In this document: in pieces, positions 1 to 7,798 of the stretch | How the letters are laid out: each line of letters starts with the position of its first letter | Position numbering within the stretch: the first letter of the stretch is position 1 | From: Escherichia phage vB_Eco_F27 | Sequence record: OP870146.1 | Direction: 5' to 3' (one strand) | DNA: 64,000 nucleotides | Notes under the pieces: generated by a model | Databases searched by the model: none | What the model was told of the DNA's origin: nothing | The model's input: only the letters and a program-made list of their open reading frames with translations | Made by a program: the position numbers and the translations under genes

Positions 1-352
1 TGCCAATAAAACTACGAACAGAATCAGTAAATAAACGGAATCGAATATCATCGCTAGAATAACGAGAAAATTCTTTTTTAATGTTGCCAGCAGAAATTTT
101 AGCATAAGCTGAAGTATTAGAAAGAACAATAACTGTTCCACCATCATATAGCCAATTAACAGCAAAATTAGTTACTGCGGACGATTTACCTGATTGTCTG
201 CCGCCGTCTAAACGAAGTGTACAGTACTGCTTGAGTACGTCTTCAAATGGTGGGGCATAACCGTTCTTACAAATTTCTTCTACTCTAGCATCAGAATGGT
301 GTGTAAAAGCATTCATCAGGGATAGATAAGGTCCAGTTAAAAATGTTCTCAT
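1..352 (-). CDS. hypothetical protein with Walker A-like motif (GGRQSGKSS); 3' end runs off the window
   Basis: ATG at complement 350-352, frame open to position 1; translation begins MRTFLTGPYLSLMNAFTHHSDARVEEICKNGYAPPFEDVLKQYCTLRLDGGRQSGKSSAV; absent from ORF track because no stop lies inside the window. Confidence 0.4.
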   Translation of the reverse strand, partial: MRTFLTGPYLSLMNAFTHHSDARVEEICKNGYAPPFEDVLKQYCTLRLDGGRQSGKSSAVTNFAVNWLYDGGTVIVLSNTSAYAKISAGNIKKEFSRYSSDDIRFRLFTDSVRSFIG

Positions 353-462
353 TTAGTTTCTCTTTTAGGTTGGGCCATTCCGTGGCGCATGAATTGTCCA
401 TTTCTGTATTTACCCCTCCAAGTAATTATGAATATACTATCACAATTCTAGGAGATGTAAAC

Positions 463-861
463 TTATTTGTAGGTTTTCATCCAATTCTTGAACAAAGCCG
501 CGACGTCTTTCTCTTTAACGTTCAGTTTAATGTCCAACATTTTACCGCCCGCTGCTCTCGTTTGACGAATCTTAGCAGTACCGGTTTCACCATTCCACTC
601 AACATAATATTGCCCAGTGTTCATAGCGATACCGTTGCCAAAGTCTTCGTTATTAGAAGTAGTGAATGCCAACTTCATGGTCTTAGAGACACGGGCCGGC
701 ATGCCTGTCTGAAGGGCATTACGAACGCGAATAACCTGAGGAGTGGCCTGGGTCAGGTTCTCATTCAGTTCTTCGGTGAACTCTTCAGATTCAAACATCG
801 CCAAAAGTTCTTTAGATGCAGGAATTACATTCTCTGCGATAAATTCTTTATATGTTTTCAT
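463..861 (-). CDS. internal head protein-like (capsid-targeting-sequence N-terminus MKTYKEFIAE), 132 aa
   Basis: ORF track; ATG at 859-861 with AAGGAAAC SD; N-terminus matches the T4 IPIII capsid targeting sequence MKTYQEFIAE, which ends in an L/I-x-E prohead protease site. Confidence 0.5.
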   Translation of the reverse strand: MKTYKEFIAENVIPASKELLAMFESEEFTEELNENLTQATPQVIRVRNALQTGMPARVSKTMKLAFTTSNNEDFGNGIAMNTGQYYVEWNGETGTAKIRQTRAAGGKMLDIKLNVKEKDVAALFKNWMKTYK

Positions 862-925
862 TTTTTGTTTCCTTGTTTGTTTTGATAGAGTAATTATACC
901 ATATTAATACTTAAGCGTAAACCGT

Positions 926-1186
926 TTAAGCTTTACCGCCAGAAATAATTCCGAAGTTGTTAAAATCGTATCCAATATCGTCAACATCTACTTTAGGACT
1001 TACTACAACATAAGCAATTTCACTACGTTTTGCATAGGTGTTTATTTCTTTACCATCACCACCTAAGAAAGAATACCCATTACGTTTTAATGAGCCAAAG
1101 TCTTCCGCATCACCAATGAAAGCTTTAACTTTAAATTTAGGACCTTTGGCATCTGCTTCAACGATAAATTCTTGATACATTTTCAT
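926..1186 (-). CDS. internal head protein-like (N-terminus MKMYQEFIVE), 86 aa
   Basis: ORF track; ATG 1184-1186 with AAGGAAAA SD; CTS-like N-terminus. Confidence 0.5.
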   Translation of the reverse strand: MKMYQEFIVEADAKGPKFKVKAFIGDAEDFGSLKRNGYSFLGGDGKEINTYAKRSEIAYVVVSPKVDVDDIGYDFNNFGIISGGKA

Positions 1187-1192
1187 TTTTCC

Positions 1193-1390
1193 TTAGTAAA
1201 TTGATTTACCATAGTATTTGTACCAAGTCGGACGTTGAGCAATTTTTTCATCTAAGCGTGCTTGATTTATCGCAATGGACGCTTCGGACGGGTCATAATT
1301 TCCTCCAAGTAGTTGATGAATGTATAGTATCAAAACCCTTGGAGGAAGTAAACAACTATTTTTCTGAAGCGCCTGAAATATATTTTTCAA
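1193..1390 (-). pseudogene. denV: remnant of denV (endonuclease V, pyrimidine dimer glycosylase): C-terminal ~33 codons only
   Basis: Frame translates ...[33 protein letters not shown], matching the T4 DenV C-terminus ([34 protein letters not shown], from memory); no ATG in frame; stops at 1400-1405 upstream; N-terminal 100 codons absent. Confidence 0.5.
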
Positions 1391-1637
1391 GACGTTGTTT
1401 CATTAAAGAGCCGTTCTTAGCGATTTCTTCCGGTTTATCGCACATACGCAACAAGGCTTCGAGCTTAACGATATCGCTGGTACGTTCAAATTTGCGAGTA
1501 TCTATCTTACTAGCAAGTTCAGAAATACGTGCTAATAGACTTTCGGCTTCAACCAAAGCTGCACCTAGCTTAGTTGCAAATGTGTCAGTAGCTTCGTTAA
1601 GAATAGATTCTGATAAAAATTCACTATATGTTTTCAT
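1356..1637 (-). CDS. internal head protein-like (N-terminus [10 protein letters not shown]), 93 aa
   Basis: ORF track trimmed from TTG at 1652 to ATG at 1635-1637; CTS-like N-terminus; overlaps the denV remnant by 35 nt. Confidence 0.5.
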   Translation of the reverse strand: MKTYSEFLSESILNEATDTFATKLGAALVEAESLLARISELASKIDTRKFERTSDIVKLEALLRMCDKPEEIAKNGSLMKQRLEKYISGASEK

Positions 1638-2122
1638 ATATACGCTTTCCAAGTTCCTGTTTTAAATGTTGAGATTACGCGTTTCGCGCGATTAGGTGTC
1701 TGACGATACCATTTAGATTGGGCTAGATTTACTGCCGCTTCGTCCCAACGTTTCTGTTGAAGCATACGAAGAGAATTAGTAAAACCGGCAACGCCTGCTA
1801 CGCCCATTTGGAAGACCATATTGACCAATGCACATCGACGAACAGCATCTAAAGAATCATATACCGGTTTAAGTTTAGCATTACCCAAGATTCCGCGAAC
1901 GGCTTTATCAACGTCTTCATTAAATAGCTTTTCAGCCTCATCAAGGGTAATTGTACCGTTGCATTTACGACCGATCATTCTGTCAAGTTCAGCTTTAGCT
2001 ACGGCTAAAGAAGGGTTCTTTGTTACTAAATGGCCTATGCCAATCGTCCAAAAGCCTTCAGTGTCTTTGTATAAAGTCAGTCTAAGACCTTCGTCATTAC
2101 GAAGCATTTCAAATATATTCAT
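1634..2122 (-). CDS. e: lysozyme (endolysin, T4 gene e homolog), 162 aa
   Basis: Translation [32 protein letters not shown]... is near-identical to T4 lysozyme over the full length; ATG 2120-2122 with GGGAGGTA SD. Confidence 0.93.
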   Translation of the reverse strand: MNIFEMLRNDEGLRLTLYKDTEGFWTIGIGHLVTKNPSLAVAKAELDRMIGRKCNGTITLDEAEKLFNEDVDKAVRGILGNAKLKPVYDSLDAVRRCALVNMVFQMGVAGVAGFTNSLRMLQQKRWDEAAVNLAQSKWYRQTPNRAKRVISTFKTGTWKAYI

Positions 2123-2124
2123 AA

Positions 2125-2148
2125 TACCTCCCACGTTTATAGGAGGTA
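2125..2148 (-). promoter_or_regulatory. hairpin in the lysozyme 5' leader that pairs with the Shine-Dalgarno sequence
   Basis: mRNA sense UACCUCC-UAUAAACGUG-GGAGGUA followed by UU-AUG; 7-bp stem, 3' arm is the SD; loop carries a late-promoter-like TATAAAC. Confidence 0.45.
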
Positions 2149-2156
2149 TTTATTAC

Positions 2157-2615
2157 TTATAGGAGGGTAGTGAGCACCTTATATAATGATTTGCCCATTA
2201 CATATTCCCATTGAGAAGGTTTAATTAAAGCGAATGCATCAAATTCAGGAATCTGACGTCCGTCTGGGAATGTATGATAGGAATTACAAACACTGTTTCT
2301 GAATTGCTCGTGCTCTACAGGGATGGTATATAGGAACAGATGAATATTCTTATTGTCTGAGTAATGATGTTCACCTAGGTCTTTCAGGAAGGCAGGGTCA
2401 TATTGTGTAAACCCAGTTTCTTCTTCGCATTCACGAATAGCGGCTTCAATAGGAGATTCGCCAGGTTCGACACGGCCTTTAGGAATATCCCACCGATGAG
2501 CTAATGCACCTTTAGGACGAGAACCAGTTACACGGCCCATGAATAATTCTTTATCTTTTGTCATGAAGATAATACCAGCGGACAACTCTTTCACTTTATT
2601 TTTCTTACTCATCAT
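2157..2615 (-). CDS. nudE: Nudix hydrolase (T4 NudE / e.1 homolog), 152 aa
   Basis: Nudix box GRVEPGESPIEAAIRECEEETGF; position immediately downstream of e as in T4. Confidence 0.8.
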   Translation of the reverse strand: MMSKKNKVKELSAGIIFMTKDKELFMGRVTGSRPKGALAHRWDIPKGRVEPGESPIEAAIRECEEETGFTQYDPAFLKDLGEHHYSDNKNIHLFLYTIPVEHEQFRNSVCNSYHTFPDGRQIPEFDAFALIKPSQWEYVMGKSLYKVLTTLL

Positions 2616-2841
2616 CTCGGTCCCATGATTTGGCCATTAATTCGGACATAAATTCTTCAATGCGCGTTTCTTTAGATGGACTTTCACTATTAGAGACCGC
2701 AAGTTTGTAATCTGCAATAGGACAGAACATATCAAGGTCCATATTAAGGTCGTCTTTGATTTTTTCTTCTGACACATCTTTATCGTATGTGTACAGATAA
2801 CTATCACATGATTCTGATTTAATGTAAATTGCTATACTCAT
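2605..2841 (-). CDS. hypothetical protein (78 aa from ATG 2839-2841; alternative ATG at 2854-2856)
   Basis: ORF track; ATGA overlap with stop of upstream gene; AGGAA SD before the 2841 ATG. Confidence 0.4.
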   Translation of the reverse strand: MSIAIYIKSESCDSYLYTYDKDVSEEKIKDDLNMDLDMFCPIADYKLAVSNSESPSKETRIEEFMSELMAKSWDRDDE

Positions 2842-3329
2842 CTCAAATTCCTGCATTCGGTAATAAAACGTTCAACTTCATTATTCTTGGCCTTTATCTT
2901 GTCTTTACGTTCCTGTAAACTACTTTTAACAAGATTAATAATGATGCCTACAGTACCTCCACCAATAATACCACCAATAATACTTACAATAGTAGATGCT
3001 AATAAGATAGCGATAATATCTAGTACAGCAAAGGCACTTACTTTAGTACTAAAAAACCATACCGACGGTACAAATATAATCCATCCTGTTATCCATTGGC
3101 ACTTATTGAAAAACTTTTCAAGCTCAGCTTGAGTTGTTCGTATTACTTCATCGATAGGTTGATATCCATTAATGTATCTGTTCACAATAATACCTGCTGG
3201 CTGGTCGATTTTAAATTCTTGGCAAATATGTTTCACTAAGTAGGATGGACATCCTGTCCAATCTACCGAATAATACGAAATACCTTCGTTGCCATCGTCT
3301 ATATTAGACCAATATGTTTTGTTAATCAT
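2838..3329 (-). CDS. small membrane protein, C-terminal ERFITECR tail (ENFIKECR-tail family), 163 aa
   Basis: ORF track trimmed to ATG 3327-3329; hydrophobic segment AVLDIIAILLASTIVSIIGGIIGGGTVGIIINLV; conserved C-terminal tail. Confidence 0.5.
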   Translation of the reverse strand: MINKTYWSNIDDGNEGISYYSVDWTGCPSYLVKHICQEFKIDQPAGIIVNRYINGYQPIDEVIRTTQAELEKFFNKCQWITGWIIFVPSVWFFSTKVSAFAVLDIIAILLASTIVSIIGGIIGGGTVGIIINLVKSSLQERKDKIKAKNNEVERFITECRNLR

Positions 3330-4015
3330 TACCAACCTTCCATAGGGAATTCCAGATAAACTTGGGCATTGACACGAATTTCATTGGTAATCTTTTTAAC
3401 TCGGTCTGTATTACGAGATACACGTCCGAACCAACGCCATCCATTACTAATTGCACGAGAACCAGTGTGCCATGTTTGCCAATCAAACTGAAGAAGAGTA
3501 CGATCTGGAGCTTCCCATTTCTCTAGTTCACCTTTTTCAATTTTTTCGAGGACTTCTTTGTGCCACTGGCGATAGATAAGTTCGCCATCAGGAATCTGAC
3601 TGAACTCTGCAGTTCCTGTTGCAAAATGAGTAGGACACACATCAGCGTTAACAAGACCAAGAATATGTTCAGACAAATAGCGAGGATTGTCATAATCAGG
3701 TTGTCCTGCAGTAATAAAATGTTGTCCTGTTGGAATATCTGGGCGTGGTACGTCATCATGGTGATATCCAGGAATAGCAGGGTACCAACCAGGCATCAAC
3801 ATGTGGACTCGTGAATCAAATACTACATCCGAGTCTTTCCAATCGTCAGGGAGATTTTGAATAAAGCTACGAGTAATTGGGCCGCCATTATCAAAAGCAA
3901 AATTCAAATCGCAGTTAAAGAACATAGGCTCGTTTTTAATCTGGTCGTTTTTAATCGCATGAGCAAAACCACCTACTGCACGAGCTTGACTATTAAACAC
4001 TTTAGAACTATTCAT
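3329..4015 (-). CDS. hypothetical protein, 228 aa
   Basis: ORF track; ATG 4013-4015 with GAGGAAAA SD; no motif recognised. Confidence 0.5.
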   Translation of the reverse strand: MNSSKVFNSQARAVGGFAHAIKNDQIKNEPMFFNCDLNFAFDNGGPITRSFIQNLPDDWKDSDVVFDSRVHMLMPGWYPAIPGYHHDDVPRPDIPTGQHFITAGQPDYDNPRYLSEHILGLVNADVCPTHFATGTAEFSQIPDGELIYRQWHKEVLEKIEKGELEKWEAPDRTLLQFDWQTWHTGSRAISNGWRWFGRVSRNTDRVKKITNEIRVNAQVYLEFPMEGW

Positions 4016-4016
4016 A

Positions 4017-4322
4017 TTATTTTCCTCGACATTCTTTAATGAAATTTTCTAGATTGGTAGATTCAATAGCTTTTTTACGAGCTTCAACATGTTCTTCTTC
4101 AGACAATTTACATTTATAATTGACCCAGACATTATGGTCGAAACTAGTCGTGGCATATAATAACAAAGCTCCGACGAATAATAAAAACGGTGATAAGAAT
4201 ATACAACCAGGCACACCATCCATACTGTAAGCCTTTTGTAATACTGCAACAGAAAGAGTTGCGTAAAAAAGTGATGCAAATATTGTTAAAAGACCAATTC
4301 GGTTGGTTTCGCCTAATTTCAT
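4017..4322 (-). CDS. small membrane protein, C-terminal ENFIKECRGK tail, 101 aa
   Basis: ORF track; ATG 4320-4322 with GAGGAG SD; early promoter immediately upstream; hydrophobic segments. Confidence 0.55.
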   Translation of the reverse strand: MKLGETNRIGLLTIFASLFYATLSVAVLQKAYSMDGVPGCIFLSPFLLFVGALLLYATTSFDHNVWVNYKCKLSEEEHVEARKKAIESTNLENFIKECRGK

Positions 4323-4350
4323 AATATTCTCCTCATGTTTTAATAGGACT

Positions 4351-4379
4351 ACTATAACATAGTCCTATAATTGTGTAAA
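4351..4379 (-). promoter_or_regulatory. early (sigma70-type) promoter: -35 TTTACA, 17-bp spacer, -10 TATAGT
   Basis: Minus-strand sense GTTTACAcaattATAGGACTAtgTTATAGTAGTCCTAT; 9-bp inverted repeat around the -10. Confidence 0.55.
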
Positions 4380-4392
4380 CAGTTTTGCGAAA

Positions 4393-5349
4393 TTATTTGA
4401 AAGGTTTTACCATATGGAAATTTTGTTTGAAACGTTTGACGTAATCGTCATGTCCTAAGCTTTGGTACATACTTACTACTTTGCTGTAGTTTTCCCAGGC
4501 GTATTCACGGAACCAACCGGAGGTGATGCTTGTGCAGACTTTTTCTAATGCCATCATGAAACTGGCTTCAGGGTTAATTTTAAAGTCATTAGGAATCTGA
4601 GAACGTTCTAATGCTAGTACACATGATTCTTCATATACACCGGCCAATTTGACCATTTCTGGTAACGATTCGAACTTCTCGCGTGAGGTCATGACTTCAG
4701 AACCGTCTTTCATATAAAATGTATAAGCCGGACGGTCTGTTAGTGCAATGGCTTCATGAATAGTATCATGGTCATATGTATAGATGTCATCTTTAAAGAA
4801 CGCACTTTTAGAAGTGTCAAGAACCGGGTGAGCATAGTTCAAGGTTTCTTTCTGGCGTTTCAGCATAATTTCAGTAAGTTCATCGTTCAGTGTAACACCT
4901 TTACCACGAAGATACTGAATATGGTTCATAGTCTTTAAAAAGAATGGATTATTTTTCTTGAAACGATGAGACATCTTAATTGCAAGACATATCTCAGGAG
5001 TTGCCCAGTAAAACCCGTTCAAACGGTCTTTAGTCAAATTTTTCTTGGCGTATTTTAAAAGGTCATAAGAAGACGTGAAATCTTCAGGAGTGAGTTCACC
5101 GACTAATTCACGGACATTAGTGATTGCCGGAACAATATATGCTTCAAAATGAGTTTCGCGTCCATTATGGAAGCATTTGAAAACTTGGACATCAGGGTTA
5201 TCTTGGTGAACATATACACCCATCATTTGATTTTTGAATGCATTCCAAGAACCTTGGTCCGCAATAAAGTCCCAATCGCTATTTTTGATAGCGCTAGAAT
5301 CAATAAGACCATGATAGTGAAGTGCACGAGAACCAATAACTAACATCAT
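4393..5349 (-). CDS. hypothetical early protein, 318 aa; possible nucleotidyltransferase-like N-terminus
   Basis: ORF track; ATG-ATG start with GAGGAAA SD; N-terminal LVIGSRALHYHGLIDSSAIKNSDWDF resembles a GS...DxD motif (weak). Confidence 0.5.
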   Translation of the reverse strand: MMLVIGSRALHYHGLIDSSAIKNSDWDFIADQGSWNAFKNQMMGVYVHQDNPDVQVFKCFHNGRETHFEAYIVPAITNVRELVGELTPEDFTSSYDLLKYAKKNLTKDRLNGFYWATPEICLAIKMSHRFKKNNPFFLKTMNHIQYLRGKGVTLNDELTEIMLKRQKETLNYAHPVLDTSKSAFFKDDIYTYDHDTIHEAIALTDRPAYTFYMKDGSEVMTSREKFESLPEMVKLAGVYEESCVLALERSQIPNDFKINPEASFMMALEKVCTSITSGWFREYAWENYSKVVSMYQSLGHDDYVKRFKQNFHMVKPFK

Positions 5350-5377
5350 AATATTTTCCTCGGATTAATTCATTAAC

Positions 5378-5629
5378 TTAAATTTCACGACATGCGATAT
5401 TATATTCGTCCCAGAGGTCATCGTGTGAAGCCTCTACCAATGGAACGATTGTACCGTTTATGTCTTCATTATAAGGGCAAATTGTACAGTGCGCATCTTC
5501 GAATCGGATGCCTTTGTGTTCAGATTTTTTATAACGCATATCGAATATCTTTGCAAACTTTTCACGAGTAATGGTTTTAGCAACCACTTTGGTTCCGATA
5601 CTTTCGTAATAAATCATTGTGGACTCCAT
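5378..5629 (-). CDS. hypothetical protein, 83 aa
   Basis: ORF track; ATG 5627-5629; early promoter upstream. Confidence 0.45.
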   Translation of the reverse strand: MESTMIYYESIGTKVVAKTITREKFAKIFDMRYKKSEHKGIRFEDAHCTICPYNEDINGTIVPLVEASHDDLWDEYNIACREI

Positions 5630-5645
5630 TTAATTTGATAGGACT

Positions 5646-5674
5646 ACTATAACATAGCCCTATCTTGTTGTAAA
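5646..5674 (-). promoter_or_regulatory. early promoter (-35 TTTACA / -10 TATAGT)
   Basis: Same architecture and spacing as 4351-4379. Confidence 0.5.
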
Positions 5675-5679
5675 CTGTT

Positions 5680-5877
5680 TTAGCAAGAATAACTAGATGA
5701 TACCCAGCCTTGAACAGTGATACTATTATGGGATAATGAGATCGCGTCCTGGAGATTCAGACCTGCGTTATCTTCAATCCATAATGTAACTTCTTCGCGT
5801 TCTTCTGTTGCAATTTGGAACAGGTTTTCCAGAGCAGCTACTGCCGTACGTACAGCACAATCTAATTCACGAGACAT
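5680..5877 (-). CDS. small protein, tandem paralog A (C-terminal QGWVSSSYSC), 65 aa
   Basis: ATG 5875-5877 with AAGGAAAC SD overlapping the stop of the upstream paralog. Confidence 0.55.
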   Translation of the reverse strand: MSRELDCAVRTAVAALENLFQIATEEREEVTLWIEDNAGLNLQDAISLSHNSITVQGWVSSSYSC

Positions 5878-5886
5878 ATTGTTTCC

Positions 5887-6159
5887 TTAGCAAGTGTGAG
5901 AAGATGCGACCCAACCACCAGTTTCGAGGCTCAGGTTGTAGTCGTATTGGTAAACGTCAGCCCATTCAGCATAGCCGTTTTTTGTACAACGTTCAAGATC
6001 GGCTTTAAGATGTCCGGGTGAATGATAGGTTCCACCCATACCATAAGCTGGATACAAGTCGAATGTTGTGTTTTGTTTATCAGCAATTTCTTTGGCAGCC
6101 TCAATAGCTGCATAGATTTTTGCTACAGCTTCAGCCAGTTCGGTTTGTTCTTTAGACAT
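5887..6159 (-). CDS. small protein, tandem paralog B (C-terminal GGWVASSHTC), 90 aa
   Basis: ATG 6157-6159 with AAGGAA SD. Confidence 0.55.
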   Translation of the reverse strand: MSKEQTELAEAVAKIYAAIEAAKEIADKQNTTFDLYPAYGMGGTYHSPGHLKADLERCTKNGYAEWADVYQYDYNLSLETGGWVASSHTC

Positions 6160-6168
6160 AATGATTCC

Positions 6169-6474
6169 TTAGCACAACGCAGAAGACGAAACCCAAGCAC
6201 CTTCAGTAATAACGTAACCATTACCTTCACGCTTAACATCGCCACCATTATTTTCAATTTCATCTTTCATCCACTGGGATACGATTTCACCCTTAGGATA
6301 ATAAGTACGACCACTACCATAATCACCTACAGAAAATGATACGGCATATTGGTCTGCGATCTTTGTTGCTTCTTCTTCGATACGTTCAGCTTGATTCAGA
6401 AGTTTATAAATTGCATCTGAAGCGGATTTGGCATCATTAAACTCTGGTACTTTAATTTCAATAATCTTACTCAT
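6169..6474 (-). CDS. small protein, tandem paralog C (C-terminal GAWVSSSALC), 101 aa
   Basis: ATG 6472-6474 with AAGGAATG SD; ATGA overlap with upstream gene. Confidence 0.55.
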   Translation of the reverse strand: MSKIIEIKVPEFNDAKSASDAIYKLLNQAERIEEEATKIADQYAVSFSVGDYGSGRTYYPKGEIVSQWMKDEIENNGGDVKREGNGYVITEGAWVSSSALC

Positions 6475-6830
6475 TTTCTACATTCCTTAATAAAGTTTTC
6501 GATTGTTTCATTTTCACGTCTAGCTAGGAGTTCATTATAACTAATCGTTTGAGAAGCGTAAACCTTTTTATTTTTCTTGTTGTGGTTTATAAAATCGTAG
6601 TAAAAATAGACTACAGTACAAAATGATGCGATGGATGCAAAGGCTTGGGTATACCGTAAGTCCTGCCATTGGTCTGTGAATCCACCAGTGTTCCCTATAA
6701 ATCCTAACACAACGCCGTCAATAAGAAATCCAACTAATCCAAAGGCAAATCCCATGCCAATACTCATAATAAAAATTAGAATGTTCTCACCAAGAGAAGG
6801 CCATACGGTTAAGAGTTGAGGCTTTTGCAT
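6471..6830 (-). CDS. small membrane protein, C-terminal ENFIKECRK tail, 119 aa
   Basis: ATG 6828-6830 with AAGGAAAT SD; hydrophobic segments LIFIMSIGMGFAFGLVGFLIDGVVLGFIG. Confidence 0.55.
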   Translation of the reverse strand: MQKPQLLTVWPSLGENILIFIMSIGMGFAFGLVGFLIDGVVLGFIGNTGGFTDQWQDLRYTQAFASIASFCTVVYFYYDFINHNKKNKKVYASQTISYNELLARRENETIENFIKECRK

Positions 6831-7204
6831 CTTATTTCCTTAACGAATTCCATAGCTTCTTCATATTCATACTTTTTAACAGCTTCATCATACTGAGCTT
6901 GGGCTTTTGCGCACTGAACTTTCCATTCGCGTACTCGAGCTCTATAATGACGGCCTTGGTGCCAATATCCTGCCCAATTAATAGGCATTAATAAAAATGG
7001 CACAATAAACGGCCCGGCTATAATAAGTAAAAACACTGCATCAGACGATATAACTTCACTAGAATCTAAAACAGCTCCTATAATCATAAAGATTAAAAAT
7101 GCTAAAGCTAAAATAGGGCCAAATAGTACTTCATTTGGGATTAATTTACGTTTGTATTCGTATGCCCAGGGCTTAATTGGCATGTACAGGGTTGGCTTTG
7201 ACAT
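6809..7204 (-). CDS. small membrane protein (C-terminal EFVKEIRCK), about 131 aa from ATG 7202-7204
   Basis: ORF track trimmed; two hydrophobic segments; start embedded in the ECR-encoding tail of the upstream gene. Confidence 0.45.
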   Translation of the reverse strand: MSKPTLYMPIKPWAYEYKRKLIPNEVLFGPILALAFLIFMIIGAVLDSSEVISSDAVFLLIIAGPFIVPFLLMPINWAGYWHQGRHYRARVREWKVQCAKAQAQYDEAVKKYEYEEAMEFVKEIRCKSLNS

Positions 7205-7775
7205 ATTCTCTACATTCCATAATAAATTGCTCAAGGATTAAATTGTTAGTGAAATTAGGACTAACAACCATAGTTTCATAAAGCGCATCAATAGCACTTA
7301 AAGCATCAACTCTTTTAAGCAAAGGCTTGCCTTCATACATAGTTTCAGAATCGATGATTAACGTAAAGTAATATTTTTTATTATCGACTAGAACTTCCGT
7401 ATCGATATAAAACATATTAGACCTCAGAAGCTTATCTCTAAAACCATAATAATCTTCAGAGCGTTCGCTGATATATTCCCATTCAGTGTTTAAACAACAA
7501 ACAGACCATGTAGGAGCAACGAAATCGGTGAATCTAATATCATGGTCTGCAACTAGTTTAGCAATAGCTCCGATATCATGAATCATAATACCTGGGGCTA
7601 ATAAAGATTTTCTGCTATGGCTAGCCGTTTTCTCAGTAGTCTCATAAGAAGACGACCAGTACCATTTACGTCCAGTTGCAACATATCGTAATGAATCAAC
7701 TAAAGATGTAGGTGGATTTACCTTATCTCGGAACTCTTCGAACATTGAGTCAATATCATTATTTTGGTTTCGCAT
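7173..7775 (-). CDS. hypothetical protein with FIMECR motif near C-terminus, 200 aa
   Basis: ORF track trimmed to ATG 7773-7775 with AAGGAG SD. Confidence 0.5.
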   Translation of the reverse strand: MRNQNNDIDSMFEEFRDKVNPPTSLVDSLRYVATGRKWYWSSSYETTEKTASHSRKSLLAPGIMIHDIGAIAKLVADHDIRFTDFVAPTWSVCCLNTEWEYISERSEDYYGFRDKLLRSNMFYIDTEVLVDNKKYYFTLIIDSETMYEGKPLLKRVDALSAIDALYETMVVSPNFTNNLILEQFIMECREYVKANPVHAN

Positions 7776-7798
7776 GTTAACTCCTTTATTATCCAAAA

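Noticed and set aside
343-885. 180-aa plus-strand ORF
   Set aside because: Fully antisense to the internal-protein-like gene 463-861, no RBS, low-complexity translation (MFSFSFSF...); the minus-strand gene has an SD and a CTS motif.
1201-1665. 154-aa plus-strand ORF
   Set aside because: Antisense to the denV remnant and an IP-like gene; no start context; region is clearly transcribed from the minus strand.
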